From assembly GCA_012837715.1 (NCBI GenBank), contig DUQR01000035.1, forward strand, positions 10,301-74,300: a stretch of 64,000 nt of DNA, in the 5' to 3' direction. A program made the position numbers and the translations under genes. Shown one piece after another: positions 19,493 through 28,861 of the stretch. This DNA comes from Bacillota bacterium (GTDB taxonomy: Bacteria > Bacillota > UBA4882 > UBA10575). A model generated the notes under the pieces. It was not told the origin of the DNA. It was given only the letters and a program-made list of their open reading frames with translations, and did not search any database. Each line of letters begins with the position of its first letter. Position 1 is the first letter of the stretch.

Positions 19493-19750
19493 GTGAGCAA
19501 AACTCTATATGTCGGCAATTTGCCCTGGGCTACTACAGAAAAGGATTTGGCTGAACTCTTTTCCGATTCCACCCAAGTATTGGCCAGTAGGGTAATTATA
19601 GACCGGGCAACCGGGCGCTCGAAAGGGTTTGGGTTTGTGGAAGTTCCTGATGACCAAGCCGATCAAGTAATTGCCGCAATGAACGGAAAAGAATATGGTG
19701 GACGAGAGATTATCGTAAACGAAGCGAGACCACTGAATTCAACGAGTTAA
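19493..19750 (+). CDS. RRM-type RNA-binding protein
   Basis: RNP2 motif LYVGNL and RNP1 motif KGFGFVEV. The GTG start at 19493 lies 5 nt after GAGGTGA; the track start is 19484. Confidence 0.85.
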   Translation: MSKTLYVGNLPWATTEKDLAELFSDSTQVLASRVIIDRATGRSKGFGFVEVPDDQADQVIAAMNGKEYGGREIIVNEARPLNSTS

Positions 19751-19752
19751 AA

Positions 19753-19776
19753 GGGGTGCGTGGCGCCCCTTTTTTA
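19753..19776 (+). terminator. Intrinsic terminator after RRM-protein gene
   Basis: GGGGTGC-GTG-GCGCCCC followed by TTTTTT. Confidence 0.8.
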
Positions 19777-19849
19777 ATTCTTTAATAAAATGTAAAGCGC
19801 CGGTTTTAACCAGCCTTTTCCTCTCCGAGAAGCAGGGAAAAAGGAAGCT

Positions 19850-19878
19850 TTGTGGAAGAAGATTCAATATACTATAAT
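19850..19878 (+). promoter_or_regulatory. Sigma-A promoter of yqeK-rsfS
   Basis: TTGTGG, 17-nt spacer, TATAAT. This places repeat copy B entirely inside the 5'UTR. Confidence 0.55.
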
Positions 19879-19898
19879 ATTAGCGATCAATTGATGAA

Positions 19899-20016
19899 GC
19901 TTTTTGCGTTACAAACCATTGAAAAGAATTCCAAGACAAAATATCGTATTTAACTTGAGCTTTGCGAAGAATATCATGTATTTGAGATTGTTAAAGCAAA
20001 GGACAACGCAAAAAGC
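19899..20016 (+). repeat. Intergenic repeat family, copy B (full length, 118 nt)
   Basis: GCTTTTTGCGTT (19899-19910) and AACGCAAAAAGC (20005-20016) form a perfect 12-nt terminal inverted repeat. It abuts the yqeK start region. Confidence 0.85.
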
Positions 20017-20028
20017 ATGGGGGTAGAA

Positions 20029-20604
20029 ATGAACCTGGAAGCACTCCGCCACAAACTAGCTTCGAACCTTTCCCCGCCCCGGTATGAGCATTCCTTAAGA
20101 GTAATGGCTTTAGCCTGTAAATTAGCTCGGCACTACCAAACTCCGGAAGAACCGGTCGCTATTGCCGCTCTCTTGCACGATGTAGCCCGGGAGAAAAATG
20201 GGGCGGAACTCCTTTCTTTAGCCGAAAACTACGGCTTGACCATCGAATCCACGGATCAAAAGGCCCCTGTTTTACTCCACGGAAAGGTAGGGGCAGAAAT
20301 TTTAAGACGCGAATGGGCAATTACCACCCCGTCGATCCTAGAAGCGGTGGCTGTGCATGTGACCGGTGCGCCCAGGATGGGAATGATCAGTGAATTAACT
20401 TTGTTGGCTGATTTTGCCGAACCGGGGAGAACCTTTTACAGTGCGCATATTGCACGGGAATTGGCTTTTGTCCACCGGCCAACCGCTTTAAAGTATATTT
20501 TTACGCAAAAAATCCGGTATATCCTGGACGCCGGTTATCTCCTTCATCCCCTGACGATTGAAGCCCGCAATCAACTATTAATGGGGGAGACCGGAAGCGA
20601 ATAG
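20029..20604 (+). CDS. yqeK: HD-domain bis(5'-nucleosyl)-tetraphosphatase YqeK
   Basis: HS..V ... LLHD HD-domain motifs and the conserved nadD-yqeK-rsfS synteny. The ATG at 20029 follows GGGGG; ATG 20017 is an alternative. Confidence 0.85.
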   Translation: MNLEALRHKLASNLSPPRYEHSLRVMALACKLARHYQTPEEPVAIAALLHDVAREKNGAELLSLAENYGLTIESTDQKAPVLLHGKVGAEILRREWAITTPSILEAVAVHVTGAPRMGMISELTLLADFAEPGRTFYSAHIARELAFVHRPTALKYIFTQKIRYILDAGYLLHPLTIEARNQLLMGETGSE

Positions 20605-20642
20605 CGATGCATAGTTATATTATTAGCTCGGAGGTTTCGTGA

Positions 20643-20990
20643 ATGGAGTATGAAAAGATTTTGTCCGCCGCCTATGAGGCAGTAACGGAAGCTAAGGGGG
20701 AAGATCCGGTTGTTTTGGATCTACGGAGACTAACAGTAATTACCGATTATTTCCTCGTGGCCACCGGACGGAATCCTAACCATCTTAACGCCCTTACCGA
20801 GGCTGTTCTGGAAAAGATGGCCGCTTTAGAATTAACCCCACTCCGCCGCGAAGGAGATCAAAACACCCGTTGGATTCTACTTGATTATGGTTTTTTCGTA
20901 ATCCATCTCCTCGGCGCCGACGAAAGGAAATTCTATCGCCTGGAGGAACTCTGGCATGGGGCAATAAGATTAACTCCTACCATTGCTTGA
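20643..20990 (+). CDS. rsfS: Ribosome silencing factor RsfS
   Basis: About 115 aa with DYFLVATGRN, WILLDYGFFVIHL and YRLEELW motifs. Confidence 0.9.
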   Translation: MEYEKILSAAYEAVTEAKGEDPVVLDLRRLTVITDYFLVATGRNPNHLNALTEAVLEKMAALELTPLRREGDQNTRWILLDYGFFVIHLLGADERKFYRLEELWHGAIRLTPTIA

Positions 20991-21015
20991 CAATTATTGC
21001 ACTCTAGTTTATACT
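20987..21015 (+). promoter_or_regulatory. Sigma-A promoter of leuS leader
   Basis: TTGACA, 17-nt spacer, TATACT. The -35 overlaps the rsfS stop codon. Confidence 0.75.
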
Positions 21016-21021
21016 CATAAA

Positions 21022-21290
21022 AGGATTTTTGATCAATGGCATAAATTTGCTTTATCCAATTACTGATGACGGGGAATAGTAGATTTAGATCCGGGTATAG
21101 AGAACCGGTGGACGGTGCAAACCGGTCCCGGGATCGAATTGAACTCACCCCTGAAGATCGGGAATGAAAGTTCCTGACCCACCAGGGTTAAACGGGAAGA
21201 GGGTTTTCCATCAGGAGAACCGAAACAGGGTGGTACCGCGACAGTTCATCGCCCCTGGTCAACGTATTGACCAGGGGTTTAAATTTTAGT
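21022..21290 (+). promoter_or_regulatory. T-box riboswitch (tRNA-Leu, specifier CUC) controlling leuS
   Basis: Stem I elements are present (TGATGA K-turn, AGAGA bulge, distal GGTGGA...GGTGCAAACC). The specifier loop is GAACTCA, with CTC at 21144-21146. The T-box core AAACAGGGTGGTACCGCG is at 21223-21240. The terminator CCCCTGGTCAA-CGT-ATTGACCAGGGG plus a T-run is at 21252-21287. Confidence 0.9.
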
Positions 21291-21306
21291 ATGGAGGGAT
21301 TGGCAA

Positions 21307-23760
21307 ATGACAACCAAATATGACCGCTATCAACCCCATAAAATTGAACCCTGCTGGCGGCAACGATGGGAAGAGACCGGCCTTTACCGCTCGGTGATTA
21401 AACCGGACAAACCTAAATACTATGCCTTGACCATGCTGCCTTATCCCAGCGGTGATCTGCATATCGGCCACTGGTACGCGATGGTGCCTTCCGATGCGCA
21501 AGCCCGCTTTATGCGGATGAAAGGGTACAATGTACTTTTCCCCATTGGTTTTGACGCTTTTGGGCTTCCCGCGGAGAATGCCGCAATTAAGCGGAATATC
21601 CACCCGCAAAACTGGACAATGAATAATGTCCAGCGTATGCGGGAGCAGTTAAAATCAATGGGTGCCATTTTCGACTGGCAACGAGAGATCGTCACTTGCT
21701 TACCCGGTTATTACAAGTGGAGCCAATGGCTTTTCCTCAAATTTTACGAACGGGGCTTGGCTTATAAGAAATTATCCCCGGTGGACTTTTGTCCCACCTG
21801 CAATACAACCTTAGCCCGGGAACAAGTCTGGGGTGAGGATCGCCATTGTGAGCGATGCGAGACCCCGGTCGTCAAAAAAGAGCTGAACCAATGGTTTTTC
21901 AAGATTACCGATTACGCCGAAGAGTTATTGGATTTTTCCCAAATTGACTGGCCGGAACGGGTGGTTTCCATGCAACGGAATTGGATCGGCAAGAGCGAGG
22001 GCGCAGAGGTCAATTTTCCTTTAGCTAATGGGGAAGAAGTGACCGTCTTTACAACCCGGCCCGATACCTTATGGGGAGTAACCTTTATGGTGCTGGCCCC
22101 GGAACATCCTTTAGTGGATAAGATCACCACCGAAGACTGTAAAGAGCAAGTCAAAGCCTACCAATTTCAGGCCAGTCGGCAAAGTGAAATTGAACGGCTT
22201 GCCGTTGATAAAGAGAAAACCGGTGTTTTTACCGGTAGTTATGCCACTAATCCGGTTAATGGAGAGAAAATTCCGGTTTGGATCGCCGATTATGTGATGA
22301 TGGGGTACGGGACCGGTGCAATTATGGCCGTTCCAGCCCATGACGAACGGGACTTTAGCTTTGCCCGGAAGTATAATCTTCCAATCAAAGTGGTCATTGC
22401 TCCCCCGGAAGGTCTGGCCGAACCCTTATCCGAAGCCTATACCGCAGTGGAGGAGGGGAGGATGGTTAATTCCGGTCCTTTTAGCGGTTTACCTTCCGCG
22501 GAAGGGAAAGCAAAAGTAACCTCCTACCTTACCGAGCAGGGCATTGGCCGCAAGGCTGTTAACTACCGTTTACGGGATTGGTTGATTAGCCGACAACGTT
22601 ATTGGGGCACGCCCATCCCCATCATCTATTGTGAAAAATGCGGAACCGTTCCTGTTCCCGAAGAGGATCTACCGGTGCTGCTCCCGGATGATGCGGAATT
22701 CAAGCCGACGGGTGAATCTCCCCTTAAACACCATGCAGCTTTTCTGCATACTGTCTGTCCCCGTTGTGGCGGCCCGGCGCAAAGAGAAACGGATACCATG
22801 GATACCTTTATCTGTTCCTCTTGGTATCAATACGCCTATTTAAGCCCGTATTATCAAGGACCGACACCCTTTGATCCGCAAGAAGCCGCCTACTGGTTGC
22901 CGGTGGACCTTTACACCGGTGGCGTCGAACACGCTTGTATGCACTTAATTTATACCCGGTTCTTCACCAAAGCCCTGCGCGACCTTGGGCTGGTCAACTT
23001 CGACGAACCAATGCTTACCTTAAGAAACCAAGGGATTATCCTCGGTGAAGATAGTGAAAAAATGAGTAAATCCAGGGGTAATGTAATTGCCCCCGACGAG
23101 CTGGTCAACGCCTATGGTTCGGACACGGTCCGGGTCTATCTCATGTTCGGCTGGCGTTGGGAATTGGGCGGCCCCTGGGACAGTAGGGGGATCGAAGGAA
23201 GTTACCGTTTCTTAAACCGGGTGTGGGAGATCCTATTATTCCCGGTCGAGAAGGCAGGCACGCCAACAAAGGAATTAACGGAAACCCTTCAAAGAAAGCT
23301 TCACCAGACAATTAAACGAGCGACCCAGGATCTTAACGCCTTTGCTTTCAATACCTATATTGCAACTTTGATGGAATTTTCCAATCTGCTGGCTAAGGTG
23401 AAACCGGAGCTTTGGGCCACTGACTGCTGGCGGGAAGCGGCGAAAACCTTTACTTTACTTTTGGCCCCGGCTGCTCCCCACCTGGCCGAAGAGCTCTGGG
23501 CCCAACTGGGTGAGGATTATTCGGTTCACGATCAAACCTGGCCTCAGTGGAACGAAGAACTCGTCCATGAACAAGAGGTCGAAATTGTCATCCAAATTAA
23601 TGGAAAGATCAAGGATCGTTTAGTTATTCCGGTTGATGCTGATGAGGAGATGGTGAAAGAAAAGGCTTTTACCTTAACAACCATTCAAACTGCTTTAGGT
23701 GGAAAAGCACCCAGAAAAGTCATTTACGTTCCCGGCCGACTCTTGAATATTGTGGTTTGA
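21307..23760 (+). CDS. leuS: Leucine--tRNA ligase
   Basis: Class I motifs PYPSGDLHIGH (HIGH) and KMSKS, 817 aa, preceded by a Leu T-box. Confidence 0.97.
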   Translation: MTTKYDRYQPHKIEPCWRQRWEETGLYRSVIKPDKPKYYALTMLPYPSGDLHIGHWYAMVPSDAQARFMRMKGYNVLFPIGFDAFGLPAENAAIKRNIHPQNWTMNNVQRMREQLKSMGAIFDWQREIVTCLPGYYKWSQWLFLKFYERGLAYKKLSPVDFCPTCNTTLAREQVWGEDRHCERCETPVVKKELNQWFFKITDYAEELLDFSQIDWPERVVSMQRNWIGKSEGAEVNFPLANGEEVTVFTTRPDTLWGVTFMVLAPEHPLVDKITTEDCKEQVKAYQFQASRQSEIERLAVDKEKTGVFTGSYATNPVNGEKIPVWIADYVMMGYGTGAIMAVPAHDERDFSFARKYNLPIKVVIAPPEGLAEPLSEAYTAVEEGRMVNSGPFSGLPSAEGKAKVTSYLTEQGIGRKAVNYRLRDWLISRQRYWGTPIPIIYCEKCGTVPVPEEDLPVLLPDDAEFKPTGESPLKHHAAFLHTVCPRCGGPAQRETDTMDTFICSSWYQYAYLSPYYQGPTPFDPQEAAYWLPVDLYTGGVEHACMHLIYTRFFTKALRDLGLVNFDEPMLTLRNQGIILGEDSEKMSKSRGNVIAPDELVNAYGSDTVRVYLMFGWRWELGGPWDSRGIEGSYRFLNRVWEILLFPVEKAGTPTKELTETLQRKLHQTIKRATQDLNAFAFNTYIATLMEFSNLLAKVKPELWATDCWREAAKTFTLLLAPAAPHLAEELWAQLGEDYSVHDQTWPQWNEELVHEQEVEIVIQINGKIKDRLVIPVDADEEMVKEKAFTLTTIQTALGGKAPRKVIYVPGRLLNIVV

Positions 23761-23770
23761 GAGAAAAGGG

Positions 23771-23797
23771 GCATAGGCCGATGGCCTATGCTCTTTC
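23771..23797 (+). terminator. Hairpin terminator after leuS (weak T-tract)
   Basis: GCATAGGCC-GAT-GGCCTATGC followed by TCTTTCC. Confidence 0.55.
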
Positions 23798-23819
23798 CAA
23801 ACCCGCTTGTTTTTTCTTC

Positions 23820-23849
23820 GTATAAAGGCTAATTTGAACGGGGATTTTA
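23820..23849 (+). promoter_or_regulatory. Possible forespore (sigma-F/G type) promoter of spoIVB
   Basis: GTATA, 15-nt spacer, GGGGATTTTA roughly fits the sigma-F/G pattern recalled from B. subtilis, where spoIVB is sigma-F/G dependent. Confidence 0.3.
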
Positions 23850-23892
23850 TCAATAAAAGTACTATATAGCTGCTGTTTTATTGGAGGAAGAT

Positions 23893-25248
23893 ATGATGTC
23901 ACCCCGTCACCGAAAGCCTTTTACCAGTGGAATTCTTTTTTGTGTTGGCCTCTGTCTACTGTTCATTCTACCCCAGGCGATCAAGGTTCAACTTCTTCCC
24001 ACTCGTTTACGCATCACCCCTGGACAAAACCTCGAGATTTCGCTACAAAAACCCTTTAGCATTTATTTAGAAGCTGATCGTTTAGAAGGTATTATTGGCG
24101 CCAATGGCCAAGACCGACTGGAAAAAGGAGAAAGCGGTAGTTGCTCACAAGTGATGGTCTGCCCCGAACGGGAGGGAACCCAAACTTTGGAGATCCGTTT
24201 TCTGGGCATTCCTATTCGCCGGGTCAACCTTCTGGTCGAGAAGATGCCCGAGGTGATTCCCGGTGGCCACGCCATCGGGGTTTTAGTCGCCTCCGAAGGG
24301 GTGATCATCTCCGGTCATCTTCCCGTCCGCGACGACCAAGGGAAAGAATTTTATCCCGCTGAAGAAGCCGGAATAAAAGTTGGTGATCTCTTAATCGCCA
24401 TTAATGGACAGGTTATCCACCGCTTGAATCAAGTGGATCCTTTAATTCAATTGGAAGCAGCAAAGGGGGGCCCGTTAACCCTGACCCTTCTACGTGACGG
24501 CCAAACTATCCAACGGAAAATCCAGCCCGTCAAACGGAGTAATTCCCAAAATGGTACCGACCGTTATCTACTCGGCCTTTACGTGGAGGATCCAGCGGCA
24601 GGAGTAGGGACTTTGACTTACTATAACCCGCAATCAAAGATGTATGGCGCCCTCGGCCACAAAATTGTCGGTTTTAGCAACCGGGAAATCCCCTTGACCA
24701 ACGGAAAACTTGTGGCGGCGCGGATCACCGGGATCAACCAGGGTAACCGGGGTGAACCGGGGGAGAAAATTGGGATTTTTTCCGGACATACCGACATTAT
24801 CGGCGATATTACCGCCAATACATCAATTGGGATTTATGGTTCGTTATTTAATGGTATAACCAACCAGTGGTATCCGCGGTTAATTTCCGTCGCGACCATT
24901 TCAGAGGTGCGTCCCGGACCAGCGGAGATCCTGACCGTTCTGACCGGGAATGAAATTTGCCGTTTTACCATCGAAATCCAGAAGGTTTACCATCAAACCA
25001 GTCTCCGCGATAAAGGGATGGTTATTCGGGTCACTGATCCGGAATTATTAAGCCGCACCGGCGGTATCATTCAGGGAATGAGTGGAAGCCCGATCATCCA
25101 AAACGGAAAATTGATCGGCGCCATCACTCATGTTTTTGTCAATGATCCCACCCGCGGTTACGGCGTTTTTGCTGAATGGATGCTACAAATGGAAGAAAGT
25201 CTTCATCAAAACCGGGCAGCAATAGAAAACAGCGATTTTGCCGCTTAG
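23893..25248 (+). CDS. spoIVB: SpoIVB signalling serine peptidase (S55) with PDZ domain
   Basis: PDZ segment (GIKVGDLLIAINGQ), S55 catalytic region (GIIQGMSGSPII), and position directly upstream of spo0A. The start follows GGAGG. Confidence 0.9.
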   Translation: MMSPRHRKPFTSGILFCVGLCLLFILPQAIKVQLLPTRLRITPGQNLEISLQKPFSIYLEADRLEGIIGANGQDRLEKGESGSCSQVMVCPEREGTQTLEIRFLGIPIRRVNLLVEKMPEVIPGGHAIGVLVASEGVIISGHLPVRDDQGKEFYPAEEAGIKVGDLLIAINGQVIHRLNQVDPLIQLEAAKGGPLTLTLLRDGQTIQRKIQPVKRSNSQNGTDRYLLGLYVEDPAAGVGTLTYYNPQSKMYGALGHKIVGFSNREIPLTNGKLVAARITGINQGNRGEPGEKIGIFSGHTDIIGDITANTSIGIYGSLFNGITNQWYPRLISVATISEVRPGPAEILTVLTGNEICRFTIEIQKVYHQTSLRDKGMVIRVTDPELLSRTGGIIQGMSGSPIIQNGKLIGAITHVFVNDPTRGYGVFAEWMLQMEESLHQNRAAIENSDFAA

Positions 25249-25263
25249 GGATCAAAGGTTTTT

Positions 25264-25292
25264 GGAGGAATTTCTTTTTATTTCACGAATTT
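25264..25292 (+). promoter_or_regulatory. Sigma-H-type promoter of spo0A
   Basis: GGAGGAATT, 11-nt spacer, CACGAATTT matches the recalled consensus RNAGGAWWW-N11/12-RNNGAATWW at all but one position. spo0A Ps is sigma-H dependent in Bacillus. Confidence 0.45.
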
Positions 25293-25325
25293 TAAGATAA
25301 AGAGTTGCGAACGGAGGCGGACTTA

Positions 25326-26105
25326 TTGGCACCATCAGGGAAGATTAATATCGGGCTCGCGGAAGACAACCTGGAATTTTGTCAAGTCTTACGCGATTAT
25401 CTCACATCTTATCCGGATCTGGACGTTACCGCTGTTGCCAATGACGGACTGCAAACTCTGGAAATGGTAAGAACAATCCCGCTCGACCTCTTACTCTTAG
25501 ATCTGGTAATGCCAAAATTAGATGGTATTGCAGTGTTAGAACGAATTAAAATGATGAATAATAAACCTAAGATCATAATTCTTTCCGCATTTGGCCATGA
25601 AGAAATGACGAGAAAAGCAGTAGAGTTAGGAGCCGACTATTTTATCGTTAAACCTTTCGACCTACAAATATTGGTTCAACGGATCCGACAAGTATGTGGC
25701 AGTGAGCATTCGACCCAAGCCCAGAGTAATTACTATTCACCGGCAACCCGACGGGAAGTGCAGACCGAACGGGAAGTCACGGAGATCTTACAGAAACTAA
25801 GGATTCCCCCCCACTTTAAGGGTTATACCTATCTGCGCAAAGCCATCATGCTTTGTGTGCAGGAGCCAACCCTGATCAATGAGGTAACGAAGAAATTATA
25901 TCCGCGTATTGCCGAAGAGTTTAATTCCACACCCAACCGGGTGGAACGTTCGATGCGTTTTGCTATTGAAACCGCCTGGAGTAAAGGGGAGATTGAATAC
26001 CTCCATGAACTAATGGGGCATTTAGTCGACGAAAAAAAAGGAAAGCCAACTAATGTTAGTTTTATCGCGAAAATTGCGGATAAGATTCGTTTAAATTTCA
26101 ACTAA
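25326..26105 (+). CDS. spo0A: Sporulation master regulator Spo0A
   Basis: Receiver domain (LLLDLVMPKLDG) and the Spo0A-specific C-terminal DNA-binding domain (HFKGYTYLRKAI..., VERSMRFAIETAW, SFIAKIADKIRL). The TTG start at 25326 lies 8 nt after GGAGG and downstream of the predicted sigma-H promoter. Confidence 0.95.
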   Translation: MAPSGKINIGLAEDNLEFCQVLRDYLTSYPDLDVTAVANDGLQTLEMVRTIPLDLLLLDLVMPKLDGIAVLERIKMMNNKPKIIILSAFGHEEMTRKAVELGADYFIVKPFDLQILVQRIRQVCGSEHSTQAQSNYYSPATRREVQTEREVTEILQKLRIPPHFKGYTYLRKAIMLCVQEPTLINEVTKKLYPRIAEEFNSTPNRVERSMRFAIETAWSKGEIEYLHELMGHLVDEKKGKPTNVSFIAKIADKIRLNFN

Positions 26106-26123
26106 GAGATTAAAGGTGAAAAA

Positions 26124-27245
26124 GTGGAGATTCGGGGCACAGCACGAAAAGACCGGAAAACGAAGGACTTAGTTAAAAAATTGCAGCCGGGAGAGATTGC
26201 TGTTATTAACCATCCCGATCTCGACCAAGTGGCAGCCGAATCTTTAATCAAAGCCCATGTTCGTTGCGTAGTTAACGCGAGCCCTTCCATTACCGGACGC
26301 TACCCCAATTTAGGCCCAGAGCTTTTACTTAAAGCGGGAATTCCCCTTCTTGACCAGGTAGGAGCGGATTGTTTTGACGCTCTGCCGGAGGTGGGGGAGG
26401 TCCTCATCAAAGCGGGTGGGGTTTATCACCAAGATCAATTGTTGGGGACCGGCCCAATGCTCACCGCGGAACGGATTGAACAGGCGACAGCAGAGGCGAA
26501 AAAGAACTTAAATCAAGAACTGGCTAAATTTATCCAAAACACCTTGGAATATGCCTTAGTGGAGAAAGACTTGGTGCTGGGCGGATTACCTTTACCGCCC
26601 ATTCGTACTGATCTTGAGAAAAAACAAGTTTTGATCGTGGTGCGGGGCCAGAATTACCGGGACGATTTAAAAATTATTCGCTCTTACATTCATGAAGTAA
26701 AACCCGTGTTGATTGGGGTTGACGGAGGGGCCGACGCCCTACGGGAATTTTGTCTCCAACCCGACCTCATTATCGGTGATATGGATAGTGTCTCCGACCA
26801 GGCTTTACTTTCTGGCGCCGAATTGGTGGTTCATGCTTACCCCGATGGTAACGCTCCCGGCCTCAAAAGGCTGCAGGAATTGAACTTAGAAGCGGTTACC
26901 TTTCCCGCCCCGGGCACCAGTGAAGATATTGCCATGATTTTGGCTTACGAAAAGGGGGCTGATTTGATCGTCGCGGTGGGGACCCATTCCAATATGATCG
27001 ATTTCCTGGAAAAGGGTAGAAAAGGAATGGCCAGCACGTTTCTGGTCAGACTAAAGGTAGGATCCATCCTGGTTGACGCCAGGGGGGTCAGTAAACTTTA
27101 CCATCGTGGAATTAAAGGCGGGCAGATCTTCTTGATCTGCTTAGCTGCTTTTATCCCCCTCTTTCTGGTTTTATCCTTAAATAAGTTTTTTTGGGATTGG
27201 ATTCGTCTCCTCTGGCTTAAACTACGCTTTTTACTGAAAATATAG
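26124..27245 (+). CDS. SteA-like protein (thiamine-pyrophosphokinase-like fold, putative cytokinetic-ring associated)
   Basis: N-terminus RGTARKDRKTKDLVKKLQPGEIAVINHPDLD...VVNASPSITGRYPN is as I recall for the SteA family. It has a C-terminal TM helix and is followed by an MctB/DUF3186-like partner, as in actinobacterial steA-steB. Confidence 0.7.
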   Translation: MEIRGTARKDRKTKDLVKKLQPGEIAVINHPDLDQVAAESLIKAHVRCVVNASPSITGRYPNLGPELLLKAGIPLLDQVGADCFDALPEVGEVLIKAGGVYHQDQLLGTGPMLTAERIEQATAEAKKNLNQELAKFIQNTLEYALVEKDLVLGGLPLPPIRTDLEKKQVLIVVRGQNYRDDLKIIRSYIHEVKPVLIGVDGGADALREFCLQPDLIIGDMDSVSDQALLSGAELVVHAYPDGNAPGLKRLQELNLEAVTFPAPGTSEDIAMILAYEKGADLIVAVGTHSNMIDFLEKGRKGMASTFLVRLKVGSILVDARGVSKLYHRGIKGGQIFLICLAAFIPLFLVLSLNKFFWDWIRLLWLKLRFLLKI

Positions 27246-27256
27246 GAGCGTTTGGC

Positions 27257-28165
27257 ATGCTTCTTGATTTCCGGTACTATATTTCTTCTTTAGCCGCTAT
27301 CTTTTTCGCCCTCGGCATCGGAATTGTGATCGGCGGAGCATTGATGAATGATGATCAGCTCAGTAAAGGCCAGGAACAATTGATTCTTAATTTAGAACGG
27401 GAATTCGACCAACTGCGGAAGGAGAAAAAAGCTTTACAAGCCGGGTTGACCGAGCGCGAAGTGGAATTGGAAGTTCTCCGCCAGTTTAACCGGGAAATCC
27501 TCCCTTTATTGGTCAGTGGTTTGCTCCAAGACCGGCAGATCGGCATCATTAAAACCAATTACACGGTTCCTACCGCGCTCAGCGCAAGCTTGACCCGGGT
27601 GCTTAAACTGGCCGGCGCGCAAGTCCCAAAGGTGATTGCCTTTAATGCCTGGCCTGATCCGATAACCGAAAATAAAGTGTTAGCCACTCGTCTCGGTTTT
27701 GAAGAGGATGCCCTCTGGTTCCATCGTCTCCTGACCGTCTTGACGACGGAGGTCGTATCTGGGGAAGACCAGGGGTTACTCTCTTCCCTTCAAGCCGATA
27801 ATTTAATCCAGATCAATGAAGGAGTTCAAAAACCCCTCGACACCCTTATTTTATTAGGTGGGAGCTTTGAGGAGAAAACCAATTGGGCCGAGCAGATCGA
27901 TCTGGTCCTGGTCAAAGAGGCCAAACGGCTTGGAGTGGAGGTCGTTGGAGTAGAACCGTTGGCCGCCAAACTTTCTTATATTCCAAAATACAAAAATTCC
28001 GGATTACTTACGATTGATAATATTGATACCCTCCCGGGTCAAGTTGCGTTAGTCTTAGCTTTGGCCGGTGGCGAGCAAGGTCATTTTGGCGTTAAAGAGT
28101 CAGCCCGGAACTTACTCCCAAAACTCACCGGTTTAGGGTTAACCTCTGGAATGGGAGCGAGGTGA
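27257..28165 (+). CDS. MctB/DUF3186-like membrane-anchored protein (SteB-like partner)
   Basis: N-terminus MLLDFRYYISSLAAIFFALGIGIVIG is typical of the family. A coiled-coil segment follows the TM helix. Confidence 0.6.
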   Translation: MLLDFRYYISSLAAIFFALGIGIVIGGALMNDDQLSKGQEQLILNLEREFDQLRKEKKALQAGLTEREVELEVLRQFNREILPLLVSGLLQDRQIGIIKTNYTVPTALSASLTRVLKLAGAQVPKVIAFNAWPDPITENKVLATRLGFEEDALWFHRLLTVLTTEVVSGEDQGLLSSLQADNLIQINEGVQKPLDTLILLGGSFEEKTNWAEQIDLVLVKEAKRLGVEVVGVEPLAAKLSYIPKYKNSGLLTIDNIDTLPGQVALVLALAGGEQGHFGVKESARNLLPKLTGLGLTSGMGAR

Positions 28166-28174
28166 ACGTAAACC

Positions 28175-28861
28175 TTGGATGAGCTTACGGCTACCGTGCT
28201 GATTCCCGCCTTCAATGAAGAGGAGAGCATTGCTGCGACGGTGAAAGCGGCACAAAGCATCTCTGGAGTAAGGCAGGTCATTGTGGTTGATGATGGTTCG
28301 GACGACCAAACAAGCGAACAAGCAAGAAAAGCTGGGGCACATGTCATCAAAACCGAAAAAAACCTGGGAAAAGGGGGCGCCTTAAACCGCGGGCTGCCTC
28401 TGGTCAAAGGGGATTACTTACTATTATTGGATGCGGACTTAGGGGCTACCGCCGCGGAAGGAAAGAAATTATTAGCAGCGGTAGTAAAGGGACAAGCCGA
28501 TTTGGTAATTGGCCGCTTTCCAACGGGCCAAAAAAAAAGTGGCCTTGGTTTCCTCTTGTTTTTTGCCCAGAGCATCATTAGAAAGTTTACCGGCTTATCT
28601 TTGTCAGCTCCTCTTTCCGGGCAACGGGCTTTAAACCAAAGGGCCCGCCAAGCACTGGGAGGCAAATTCGAGGAAGGCTTCGGGGTAGAAGTGGCGATGA
28701 TTATCGATCTAGCCCGGAAAGGACTGGTGATCAAAGAAATACCGGTCGTGATGGCGCACCGGAAAACAAAGCGGGATTTTTCCGGTTTCCGGCACCGGGG
28801 ACGCCAGTTTTTGCATGTTTGCGCAGTAGTGGTTAAAAGATTGCTGCAGGTGGAAAAATGA
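28175..28861 (+). CDS. Family 2 glycosyltransferase
   Basis: GT-A signature LIPAFNEEESI...VVDDGSDD...LLLDADL (DxD). Confidence 0.85.
   Translation: MDELTATVLIPAFNEEESIAATVKAAQSISGVRQVIVVDDGSDDQTSEQARKAGAHVIKTEKNLGKGGALNRGLPLVKGDYLLLLDADLGATAAEGKKLLAAVVKGQADLVIGRFPTGQKKSGLGFLLFFAQSIIRKFTGLSLSAPLSGQRALNQRARQALGGKFEEGFGVEVAMIIDLARKGLVIKEIPVVMAHRKTKRDFSGFRHRGRQFLHVCAVVVKRLLQVEK

Noticed and set aside
25249-25325. Spo0A boxes (TGNCGAA) upstream of spo0A.
   Set aside because: Only TCACGAA is present, which mismatches at a core position. It also belongs to the predicted sigma-H -10 region.
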